Assembly: GCA_964504365.1 (NCBI GenBank)
Contig: CAZDDW010000001.1
Coordinates: forward strand, 132,293 to 196,292
Origin: an uncultured Gammaproteobacteria bacterium
GTDB taxonomy: Bacteria; Patescibacteriota; Patescibacteriia; UBA9934; CAZDDW01
Direction: 5' to 3'
DNA length: 64,000 bases
The notes below the pieces were generated by a model. It had not been told where the DNA came from. It ran no database searches and saw only the letters and a program-made list of their open reading frames with translations. The stretch's first letter is position 1; the number at the start of each line of letters is the position of its first letter. Made by a program: the position numbers and the translations under genes. Below are positions 41,586 to 49,139 of this stretch, one piece after another.

Positions 41586-42103
41586 CTAATTCGTCGGGAG
41601 GGGGGTGGTGTGGTTGGTGGACTCGAGAAGGTCGTTCAGGGCCTCGATCCGTTCTTGCAGTCGCTCGATACGCTGGACGCGCTCGGGTTCGTGCAGAGCG
41701 GCTTCGTAGGTTACCATCTCGTACTCGGTCTCGTAGGTCCGCGGGTTGGTGCCGGTCTGCTCGCGGCGATCGCCGTAGGTCAGGTTCAGACGCTGCCAGA
41801 AAGCGATCTCGCCAGCCAGCTCGCTCTTCAGGCGAACGGCCAGGGTCAGGCTGATCTGGCGGTCCTCGAACTCGATCGTCGTCGTCGCGTTGGCCTCGGC
41901 GATGCCGGCTCGCAGGCTCATCAGCTCCTCGACCAGCTCCTGGCGCTGGGCGACCAGATCGTCGAAGACGAACTCTGGTTCCAGGTCCTGGCGCCAGCTG
42001 ACGTGGGCCTCGGACGCTGGGTGATGGTACTGATGCGTCCCTCGATTCGGCTGGCGTTGCGCAAGGCCTGGGCGATGGTCAGGGTGGTCTGGGTGGCGGT
42101 CAT
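41586..42103 (-). pseudogene. array gene D: hypothetical protein interrupted by a frameshift near 41921
   Basis: two ORFs (42103-41921, 60 aa; 41921-41586, 111 aa) abut in different frames; first starts 35 nt downstream of R5 after AGGGAG RBS. Confidence 0.4.
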
Positions 42104-42138
42104 GTCAATGTCTCCCTATTGGGTGTTGAAGGTTCGTT

Positions 42139-42178
42139 CCCATCACAGAACACGATTTAGATCATGGGCTATGATGGG
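42139..42178. repeat. array palindromic repeat R5
   Basis: identical to R4 across the element. Confidence 0.8.
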
Positions 42179-42228
42179 TGGCTCTGAGCCGCAGAGCGTG
42201 CCAGCAAGGACTGCTGGACTTTGGTGGG

Positions 42229-42489
42229 CTAAAGGTGGAAGAGGGTTTTCCACTCGCCGTCACACCGTTTCTCGACGTAGTGTGAGGTCTGGACGTGACT
42301 CCCGGTCACCGGGTCCTCGTGGTAGTCGTGAGGAGGAGTGTAGAATCCCGATGTCTCGAAGCGGTCCCTGCCTGGCGTTTTGTCGAATTTTCCGCGCCAC
42401 AGCACTTGGCAAGTCCCTTCTGTACAACCGGAGCCATCTCCTTGGTAAAGGTGGTAGGTGAAAGTTCGGCGGACAATGCGGAACAACAT
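42229..42489 (-). CDS. array gene E: hypothetical protein
   Basis: ORF track 42229-42531; start ATG 42489 after GGAG, 27 nt downstream of R6. Confidence 0.4.
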   Translation of the reverse strand: MLFRIVRRTFTYHLYQGDGSGCTEGTCQVLWRGKFDKTPGRDRFETSGFYTPPHDYHEDPVTGSHVQTSHYVEKRCDGEWKTLFHL

Positions 42490-42516
42490 AGGAGACTCCG
42501 GTGGATAGGGATGATT

Positions 42517-42555
42517 CCCATCACAGAACACGATTTAGATCATGGGCTATGATGG
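42517..42555. repeat. array palindromic repeat R6
   Basis: cccatcacagaacacgat-ttag-atcatgggctatgatgga. Confidence 0.8.
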
Positions 42556-42864
42556 ACACCCGGCACGTATTGCCAGGTGGAAAGAAGTTGGGGAAGACAC
42601 GCTATCAACCCGGAATGGTGATGATCCAGGGTACCCTGGATTTACGAACGCCGACCAAGGCGCCATCACCTTACGTCACTCTGGTGCACCTCTTCCGTCG
42701 AAGAGAGTGCTTATACCCATCAGAGCATGGGGTCCCATCAGCGTGAGCTGCGGGAGAGCAAGAACTCTTTAGACGCTTCGAGTGCTTGCCGGGGTCCGTG
42801 TGTTTGGTCGATGGTGGTCACCTATCTGGCCGACACACCCACACCACCCCTGGATATTTAATGT

Positions 42865-42904
42865 CCCATCACAGAACATGATTTAGATCATGTGCTCTGA
42901 TGGG
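42865..42904. repeat. array palindromic repeat R7 (downstream slot about 310 bp without ORF; contains relic ctgatggg fragments)
   Basis: cccatcacagaacatgat-ttag-atcatgtgctctgatgggg. Confidence 0.8.
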
Positions 42905-42944
42905 GTGCCCAGATAACTGGGCAGAAGTGGAGCGGTGGGTAGGC

Positions 42945-43196
42945 CTAGGCGGCCTGTGGGAGCTCCTGGGGCGGGGTCTCGCGGCGCTCATCGGGCTGAC
43001 CCGGGCGGCGCAAGATACGGACGTAGGGCTGTGCGGGGCTGGGCTGACGCGACTCGGCACGCAGCTGTTGAGGCGAGGTGGTGAACCAGGCTCGAAGTCG
43101 GTGTACGTTTCCGTAGCAGTTGGTGTTGAAGTTGCGCATTTGCTGTCCCCTTTGTGTGTTGAACGAACATTCAGTTTTACCCTGAACGCTGATCAC
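42945..43196 (-). CDS. array-proximal low-complexity ORF (GTG start; alternative ATG 43139)
   Basis: only ORF between R7 and the control region; no repeat upstream; weak. Confidence 0.2.
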   Translation of the reverse strand: MISVQGKTECSFNTQRGQQMRNFNTNCYGNVHRLRAWFTTSPQQLRAESRQPSPAQPYVRILRRPGQPDERRETPPQELPQAA

Positions 43197-43478
43197 CTCC
43201 TGGCCTTCTCTCCAAAGGTCAGTGCTGGTGAGGTGAATCAGTCTTCAAGGTAAAATAAGTTGTAATGTCTTGATTTGCCTTGGCCAGATCGTCGCTGTGT
43301 GTTCGTAAGCTCTGCTCGAGCTTATTACCTCCTGGAATCAGATTGAACCGACTGGCGATAGATCTAGTGGTTCTTATCAAGCATGGAGCTAAGAACCGCT
43401 ACGCATTTAGGCAAAATAAAACGATGCTAGTGAGTATGTGGCTTGCTGGAGCCACAGATCGACCAGCATCGAACAAAG

Positions 43479-43507
43479 CATACTAGCATGGATTTAAAAA
43501 CTTGTCA
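43479..43507 (-). promoter_or_regulatory. promoter TTGACA-17-TAGTAT pointing into the array, followed about 15-65 nt downstream by a hairpin plus U-run (attenuator or short sRNA)
   Basis: hexamers and spacing; minus-strand hairpin gatgctggtcgatctgtggctcc...gccacatactcactagcatc then GTTTTATTTTG at about 43400-43465. Confidence 0.45.
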
Positions 43508-43612
43508 AGCCCTGGTGTACAAACCAGGTTTTTTTGTAGATTATTTCGCTAAATTTAGGTAAGTCAGATAAAAAAATAGGTCCAGGCATGCCGGACAAGG
43601 TCTTGCTTTGGG

Positions 43613-43641
43613 CTTGACAAAATAGCCGTTTTATGCTATAC
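43613..43641 (+). promoter_or_regulatory. promoter TTGACA-17-TATACT (plus), divergent from the array promoter
   Basis: perfect -35, 17-nt spacer, TATACT -10. Confidence 0.55.
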
Positions 43642-43649
43642 TTGCTTGT

Positions 43650-44133
43650 TCCTGTGAAAACCGTTGGATTTTGTTCCGGGATCTATCTCGGCTTAATCTG
43701 CTTTTTTCGACAGGCTACCGTGAGGAGGATATATGAAGATGGGTGATTGATGACCGAGTTTCAGGGTTACAGCTTCACAAGATGGGCTGCGGCTAGATTC
43801 CACAATGGAGAACCAAGGAAAACGATCCTTTTACTGCTACGGGTAGCCCCCGAGTTGACAATGGGACAAGGCTGAGGTTTCCAAGCCGATCTGCCGGAAG
43901 ACGCCGGCGATCAGATCGCGCCAGTTAAGGGCGCAAACGATGACGAACAAAGGAGGGTGCAACGTGCACTCCTAAGTCGCGATAGGCGACATCTTCGACA
44001 CCGAAACCAGCCAAGCTCCGAATGTCAACAGTCCGCCAACGAAAGGAGGCGAACATGGGTGGCTAGCCCTCTTGGACCCGGCTCGGACGCGCACTTCAGC
44101 GCGTCCGGGTCGGGACCAGATACTCAATAAGAA
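43650..44133 (+). ncRNA. candidate about 500-nt noncoding or small-ORF transcript of unknown function
   Basis: bounded by strong promoter and terminator; no ORF >=60 aa; GAGGAGG RBS with 5-codon uORF (MKMGD) overlapping the ATG of a 41-codon ORF; 19-bp-stem hairpin 44066-44109. Confidence 0.3.
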
Positions 44134-44163
44134 AACCTGCCTAATGGCAGGTCTATTTGTTTT
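44134..44163. terminator. bidirectional intrinsic terminator
   Basis: acctgcc-taat-ggcaggt hairpin with T-run after and A-run before. Confidence 0.6.
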
Positions 44164-44168
44164 CAAAA

Positions 44169-44909
44169 TTATTTGTTGTATTTATTCCAAAGCCCTTTTA
44201 GCAAAGCTCGTTGTGTGGCAGCAAAGTCCTTATTCTCAATAACAATCATGTTACCACCCTTTTCAAAACTGACCATAACCACTGTGTCGTCGTATACAGC
44301 AACGTCACCTTTGAATTCGCCAATGTCTTTTTTATCGACCTTGCAATAACTGACCATCTCTCGATTCCTTATTTTATCGCCTGAATGCATGAAGTATACT
44401 CTAACATTCTTTAGTTCCATTCCTTGTCTGGCTTGGTCAACTGTTTCTTTTGTAAAGTGTTTATAGAGTTCATCAACATTTGACAGCTCGTACATTTCCT
44501 TAGGTTTTTTTTTACATACATCATCAAAGAAAGCATAAAACATTTCTGTGCCTTGGAAAAAGCGGACCTTTGGCCGTTCGCCACCCGCCAGTAGTATCAG
44601 GTCATCTAGCTTTTTTTCAATTAAAGATACTTTATTTGAGAATTCAAGTTGCTGTCCTTGCAAGTGTTGAAGAAGTCGATCCGGCTCTTCAGCAACATAG
44701 AGTGTTTTTTTACCACGTTGGTAAGTAGAAAAAAGCTCTTTGCTTTTTAGGTTTTCGATTGCATCATAAGCTGCGGTCCGTGATAACTTGGCTGCTTTGG
44801 CAATGTCTTGAACACTGGCTGCGCCGAGCTTGAGTCCGGCTAGATAAGTTTTGGCTTCAGACTCGGTCATGCCGAGCGCGTGAAGGATTGAAGTAAAGTC
44901 AGTTGGCAT
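44169..44909 (-). CDS. TrmB-family transcriptional regulator
   Basis: N-terminal winged HTH LGMTESEAKTYLAGLKLGAASVQDIAKAAKLSRTAAYDAIENL typical of TrmB; low GC. Confidence 0.6.
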   Translation of the reverse strand: MPTDFTSILHALGMTESEAKTYLAGLKLGAASVQDIAKAAKLSRTAAYDAIENLKSKELFSTYQRGKKTLYVAEEPDRLLQHLQGQQLEFSNKVSLIEKKLDDLILLAGGERPKVRFFQGTEMFYAFFDDVCKKKPKEMYELSNVDELYKHFTKETVDQARQGMELKNVRVYFMHSGDKIRNREMVSYCKVDKKDIGEFKGDVAVYDDTVVMVSFEKGGNMIVIENKDFAATQRALLKGLWNKYNK

Positions 44910-44997
44910 ATATTATTATTTCGATACTTATTTTACCTCATTCTTGACAATTCTGCCATATTCAGGCAAACTACGCCTCGTTAATAAGATTATATTT

Positions 44998-45723
44998 ATG
45001 GATACCATTACATTAAACGCTGAGCCACGTGAGGCTAAGGGTCGAGATACAAATGCTCTACGAGCAGATTCGATTGTGCCTGCTGTGGTTTACGGACCAA
45101 ACTCAGAATCAAGAAGTGTTCAGGTTATTCGAAATGAAGTAATTGCTGCTTTTCGACAGGCTGGACGTAGTTCTTTGGTTGATCTGGTGATTGGAGGAGA
45201 CAAGCCAGTTAAGGTGATTATTCAGGACGTACAACGCGATCCATTGAAAGATGACCTTACTCATATTGATTTTTATGAGGTTGATCTGACCAAGGAAGTT
45301 TCGGCTACTGTAAAGCTCGAGTTCATTGGTACTTCTGCTGCAGTTAAGGAACTGGGTGGAACTTTGGTCAAGGCTCGTGATAGAATAGAAGTGAAAGGTT
45401 TGCCAGACAGGCTGGTTGCTTCTCTCGAGGTTGATATTTCAAAACTAAATACCTTTGACGATGTCTTCCATGTTAAAGATATTGTTTTACCAGAAGGATT
45501 GAGTTTGGATATGGATGAGGAACGCGCGGTTGCCTTAGTTAACCCACCACGAACTCAGGAAGAAATGGAGAAACTGGATGAAGCAATTGAAGAAGAGGTC
45601 ACTGGCGCTGACGAAGATGAAGAGGGTGAAGCCAAGGAAGGTGAGGAAGGCGAGGCTCCTGCTGATGGTGAAGCCAAGGAAGAGGGTGACAAGCCTGCAG
45701 ACGGAGAGTCAAAGGACAAATAA
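44998..45723 (+). CDS. rplY: 50S ribosomal protein L25/general stress protein Ctc with acidic C-terminal tail
   Basis: L25 beta-barrel then CTC domain; start taken at M19 (MDTITLN). Confidence 0.7.
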   Translation: MDTITLNAEPREAKGRDTNALRADSIVPAVVYGPNSESRSVQVIRNEVIAAFRQAGRSSLVDLVIGGDKPVKVIIQDVQRDPLKDDLTHIDFYEVDLTKEVSATVKLEFIGTSAAVKELGGTLVKARDRIEVKGLPDRLVASLEVDISKLNTFDDVFHVKDIVLPEGLSLDMDEERAVALVNPPRTQEEMEKLDEAIEEEVTGADEDEEGEAKEGEEGEAPADGEAKEEGDKPADGESKDK

Positions 45724-45729
45724 ACTTCA

Positions 45730-46806
45730 ATGAAAATTCCAAAGCCGACACAATTGCAGTTGGTAATCATAGGAGCGGTGATGTTAGCAGTCGCCGCTGC
45801 TTTGATTTTAGTATTAATGCGCGAGCAGGTTTTGCCGTACTTTTCAGATCAGGCTGCTCAGTACGTAGAGCCACAGAACGGGACTGAAGTTTTGTTTCGA
45901 CATCCAATAACCGGGGAGCCGGCTTTTGAGGAGGTTGAGCGTCCAAGGTTATATGGGGTGATGGTTGAGAATATGGTTGAAGCGTGGCCATTGTCTGGAA
46001 TTGATCAAGCCTTATTGGTCATTGAGGCGCCAGTTGAAGCTGCAATCCCACGGCTGTTGGCTTTTTATTCTGAAGAGCAAGAAGTTGAGAAGATTGGACC
46101 CGTGCGTTCTGCGCGGCCGTATTACCTAGACTGGAGTGAAGAGCTTGAGGCTATGTATGTTCATGTTGGTGGTAGTCCGGCGGCATTGTCACAGATTGAA
46201 CACGATGACATCTTTGATTTAAATGAGTTTTATCGAGGTTGGTATTTTTGGCGTGGCTCTGATCGTTCAGCCCCTCACAATGTTTACACTTCGACCAAGA
46301 ATTTGGGTGAGGCTTATGAAGGTGAGAGTGCTTGGCGTACAGTTGGTCCGGCTGATTATGGCTTGTGGCAGTTTAAGAATGATGTTTCTGAGGACGAGCG
46401 GCCTGAGTATCAATTTGTGAGCATGAATTTTTCACCGTATTTTGGAGATTTGTATGAAGCGGGCTGGGAGTATGATCCAGAAACGAATGAGTATATTCGC
46501 TATCAAAGTGGATATGAGATGTCTATGTTAGAAGGTGGGCAGATTCGAGCCAATAATATTGCTATCTTAGAAACCGATATTGTTGTTTTGGATGAGATTG
46601 GCCGTCGGCAGATCACTACAGTTGGAGAAGGTCCTGCTATGGTTATTCAAGATGGACAGGTGGTTGTTGGAACCTGGGCCAAGTCTTCTGTGGATGAGCG
46701 ATTACGTTTCTATAATAACGAAACCGGCGCAGAAGTGCAGTTCAACGCCGGGGTAACTTGGATTGAAGTTTTGTCTAGTTTGGAAACCGTAGAGGTGGTC
46801 AATTAG
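45730..46806 (+). CDS. membrane-anchored DUF3048-like (YerB-like) protein
   Basis: N-terminal TM; GVMVEN...RSARPYY family-like motifs. Confidence 0.45.
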   Translation: MKIPKPTQLQLVIIGAVMLAVAAALILVLMREQVLPYFSDQAAQYVEPQNGTEVLFRHPITGEPAFEEVERPRLYGVMVENMVEAWPLSGIDQALLVIEAPVEAAIPRLLAFYSEEQEVEKIGPVRSARPYYLDWSEELEAMYVHVGGSPAALSQIEHDDIFDLNEFYRGWYFWRGSDRSAPHNVYTSTKNLGEAYEGESAWRTVGPADYGLWQFKNDVSEDERPEYQFVSMNFSPYFGDLYEAGWEYDPETNEYIRYQSGYEMSMLEGGQIRANNIAILETDIVVLDEIGRRQITTVGEGPAMVIQDGQVVVGTWAKSSVDERLRFYNNETGAEVQFNAGVTWIEVLSSLETVEVVN

Positions 46807-46809
46807 TAT

Positions 46810-47729
46810 TTAAAATTCACTGGCAATTATTATTCGATCAAGACCAGCCAGGTCTTTTTTTGTTTCTAGCTCTGCTTCAGGGAAATGGTGTTTGATAAGT
46901 TTGTTGGCTGCTGCGGTTTGTGATGGATCAATCTCGATTAAGATAAACAGGTTCTTTGGTAAAAGCGATCGGTGTTGTGCTAACTGTTTAAACAAAACCC
47001 AATAAACATCTAGGCCGTCACTGCCAGCTTCGAGTGCTTGTTTGGGTTCCCAGTCACGTACTTCGGGTTGAGCCTTTCCCATTGTTCAGTTGTCAGGTAG
47101 GGAAGATTGGCACAAAGGATCAGATTTTCTGGAAGCGGTTGTTTGATCTTCTTAAGTTGTCTGAACAGTTTGACGATTGGAACCAGAGTATCACCAGTTT
47201 TAAAATCGACAAGATCCGTGACCTTGTGCTCTTCGGTGTTCTGTCGAGCAATAGCCAGTGCTTCAGGGCTAATATCTGTAGCAATCACCGGAAGCTTGGT
47301 TTCAGCGGCCATAGTTACCGCAATTGCTCCGGATCCAGTTCCGATATCAACAAACCATGTGTCACCAGAATTTTCTTCAGATATCTCAAGAACGTTTTCG
47401 ACCAACACTTCGGTTTCCGGTCGTGGAGTTAGTACAAAACGATTGACAGCGAAATCGCGTTTGAAGAATTCTTTTTTACCAATAATCGTGGCTACTGGCT
47501 CATGCTTTAGCCGGCGTTTGATCATGCGTTGGTATAAATCAGCCTTCTTGGCCGGAACGTCTTCATTTAAGTGGGTGAATAAATAAGATTTGGATTCATC
47601 AAGTACATGCGATAACAAAATTTCAGCATCAAGCATGGGCGAGTCCAGCTTGTCGCCTGTGAAAGCATCAATATCTCGGTGCCCCTTTAATTTGTTGTTG
47701 CCCCATTCAAGGAGTTCTAGGATAGTCAT
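46810..47729 (-). pseudogene. prmC: release factor glutamine methyltransferase PrmC/HemK interrupted by a frameshift (overlap 47010-47082)
   Basis: ORF 47729-47010 carries DIGTGSGAIAV and N(L)PY; ORF 47082-46810 carries VRDWEP...AL.GG.DGLD C-terminal motif in another frame; shift in the gggaaagg run near 47045; adjacent to prfA. Confidence 0.6.
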
Positions 47730-47894
47730 GGCAATATTAAAGCACGATTAGGGAAAAAGAAAAAGGCGCCCGGGAGTTGGGCGCGAAAGGAAGGTGGGCC
47801 ACCAGACAGGGCTTAGGGCAGAGGTCGGAGGCGGGGGTCGATCCGCCCAGGGGCCCTGGCGGCATCTGGTGACCCACCGCAAGTTGTATTGATA

Positions 47895-48449
47895 CTATAT
47901 CGTTGATCCGGAATAGATGTCAATCAGGGCCAGTTCACCTGGTTGAATGACGATTTTTTGTGGATCAGGAGGCACATTTCCGTTGAACAGAATGGTCGGT
48001 CTAGGAGGTGGCTCGGGTTGGTCTGAGATGATGTAGGTCAAGCGACCGGCTTCCATGAAGAATTCGATCTGCTCCCCAGGTCCACATTCCTGTGTACCTT
48101 TAGTCTGAGTGAGTAAGTCAGGCCAGAACAGGAACCGAGGCATGGTTGGATCGTGCCTGATCACACATCGATCGGTCCTTCCAGCGTGTAGCCAATCAGT
48201 TTCGAAACGTATACGGTAAGTACCTGGAGGAATGTTCAGCTGCTGGTCCTTGTCCAGTAACAAGCGGACCCCGTCTCCGAGAAGCCAGTATTTGCCGAGA
48301 ACGTCTTCGAAGATGAAGGTGTCGACATACAGGGTGGCCAACGGCTGTTCGGTTGCGGTTTCATTGGATGGCCCTGTTTGTGCAGAAGCCATGGCAGTGA
48401 TCATGATTGTCAGGAGCAATAAGCTGATTTTGATCAGCGGGCTGTGCAT
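47895..48449 (-). CDS. secreted hypothetical protein; GC-richer
   Basis: signal peptide MHSPLIKISLLLLTIMITAMASA. Confidence 0.4.
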   Translation of the reverse strand: MHSPLIKISLLLLTIMITAMASAQTGPSNETATEQPLATLYVDTFIFEDVLGKYWLLGDGVRLLLDKDQQLNIPPGTYRIRFETDWLHAGRTDRCVIRHDPTMPRFLFWPDLLTQTKGTQECGPGEQIEFFMEAGRLTYIISDQPEPPPRPTILFNGNVPPDPQKIVIQPGELALIDIYSGSTI

Positions 48450-49138
48450 TGTGACCCCTTTGTCGATACGGCTTGTTCAGCTGTTTCTAGTTCTTGTGCT
48501 GTACCGATTGGACACCAAAATGTAGCACGTTCAACATGGGCGGTCAAGTCTTGGGCCATGTCGATTAGGGTGTGTGGAAGGGAATATTCGGTTTTGTTGT
48601 GCACGATAATTTCGTGCAACGGTTGTTCAAAGAAACGCATATCAAGCATGTAGGCGCCAGTGTTTCTGAGGATAGGTTTGTCTGCTGGGAGATTTGTTTC
48701 AATCCCAAGTAAGCCATCTGTTTCATCGACCAGAATCGAGGACGGGGCCGGGCCAGTTGCTTCGGCCACAAGCATGGCCAAGGGGTGTTGGCTTAGTTGT
48801 GTCAGATCTTCTTTCGAATACAGATCGTCACCATTAACGACTAAGAACGGTTCGCTAACGCGTTCTTTGATCAGATGGATCGCTGATCCAGTGCCATTCA
48901 GTGGTGCCTGTTCGATATATTCGATCGGGATCCCGTTCCATGACTCGCCCAGGTATTCGGTGATCTGTTCTTTTAGATATCCAACAACGACCACGATCCG
49001 GTCAACTGAATCTGGTAGTGATTCTAAGATATGAACAATAATCGGCTTTCCACCGACTTTGATCATTGTTTTGGGAGTTGTTTCAGTGTGTGGTCGAAGC
49101 CGAAGGCCCTGACCAGCAGCTAAGATTACTGCGAGCAT
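48434..49138 (-). CDS. sugar-phosphate nucleotidyltransferase
   Basis: LAAGQGLRLRP (GxGxRLxP) motif; start taken at MLAVIL. Confidence 0.6.
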   Translation of the reverse strand: MLAVILAAGQGLRLRPHTETTPKTMIKVGGKPIIVHILESLPDSVDRIVVVVGYLKEQITEYLGESWNGIPIEYIEQAPLNGTGSAIHLIKERVSEPFLVVNGDDLYSKEDLTQLSQHPLAMLVAEATGPAPSSILVDETDGLLGIETNLPADKPILRNTGAYMLDMRFFEQPLHEIIVHNKTEYSLPHTLIDMAQDLTAHVERATFWCPIGTAQELETAEQAVSTKGSQCTAR

Positions 49139-49139
49139 A

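Noticed and set aside
41490-42461. 323-aa plus-strand ORF, and many other 60-170-aa ORFs on the plus strand across 39.2-43.2 kb (e.g. 40338-40835, 40453-40953, 42900-43253)
   Set aside because: They lie antisense to, or overlap, the repeat-phased minus-strand genes in high-GC DNA where long stop-free frames arise by chance. They have Arg/Gly/Pro-rich low-complexity translations and no RBS or phasing with the repeats.
39804-42904. Classical integron attC identity for the seven palindromes
   Set aside because: The repeats lack the R-box consensus (RYYYAAC/GTTRRRY) and the extrahelical-base architecture. No intI-like tyrosine recombinase is present in the window. Only the cassette-like geometry is retained as a hypothesis.
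43925-43975. tmRNA tag-like string GCAAACGATGACGAA (ANDDE)
   Set aside because: The reading frame does not terminate with a proteolysis tag, and no tRNA-like 5' or 3' domain (GGGG...CCA, T-arm) surrounds it.
47800-47885. tRNA-like 7-bp acceptor-type closing helix and GGTCGATCC T-loop-like motif
   Set aside because: No T-stem can be formed around the GTCGATC loop and no D or anticodon arms fit. More likely a plain extended hairpin.
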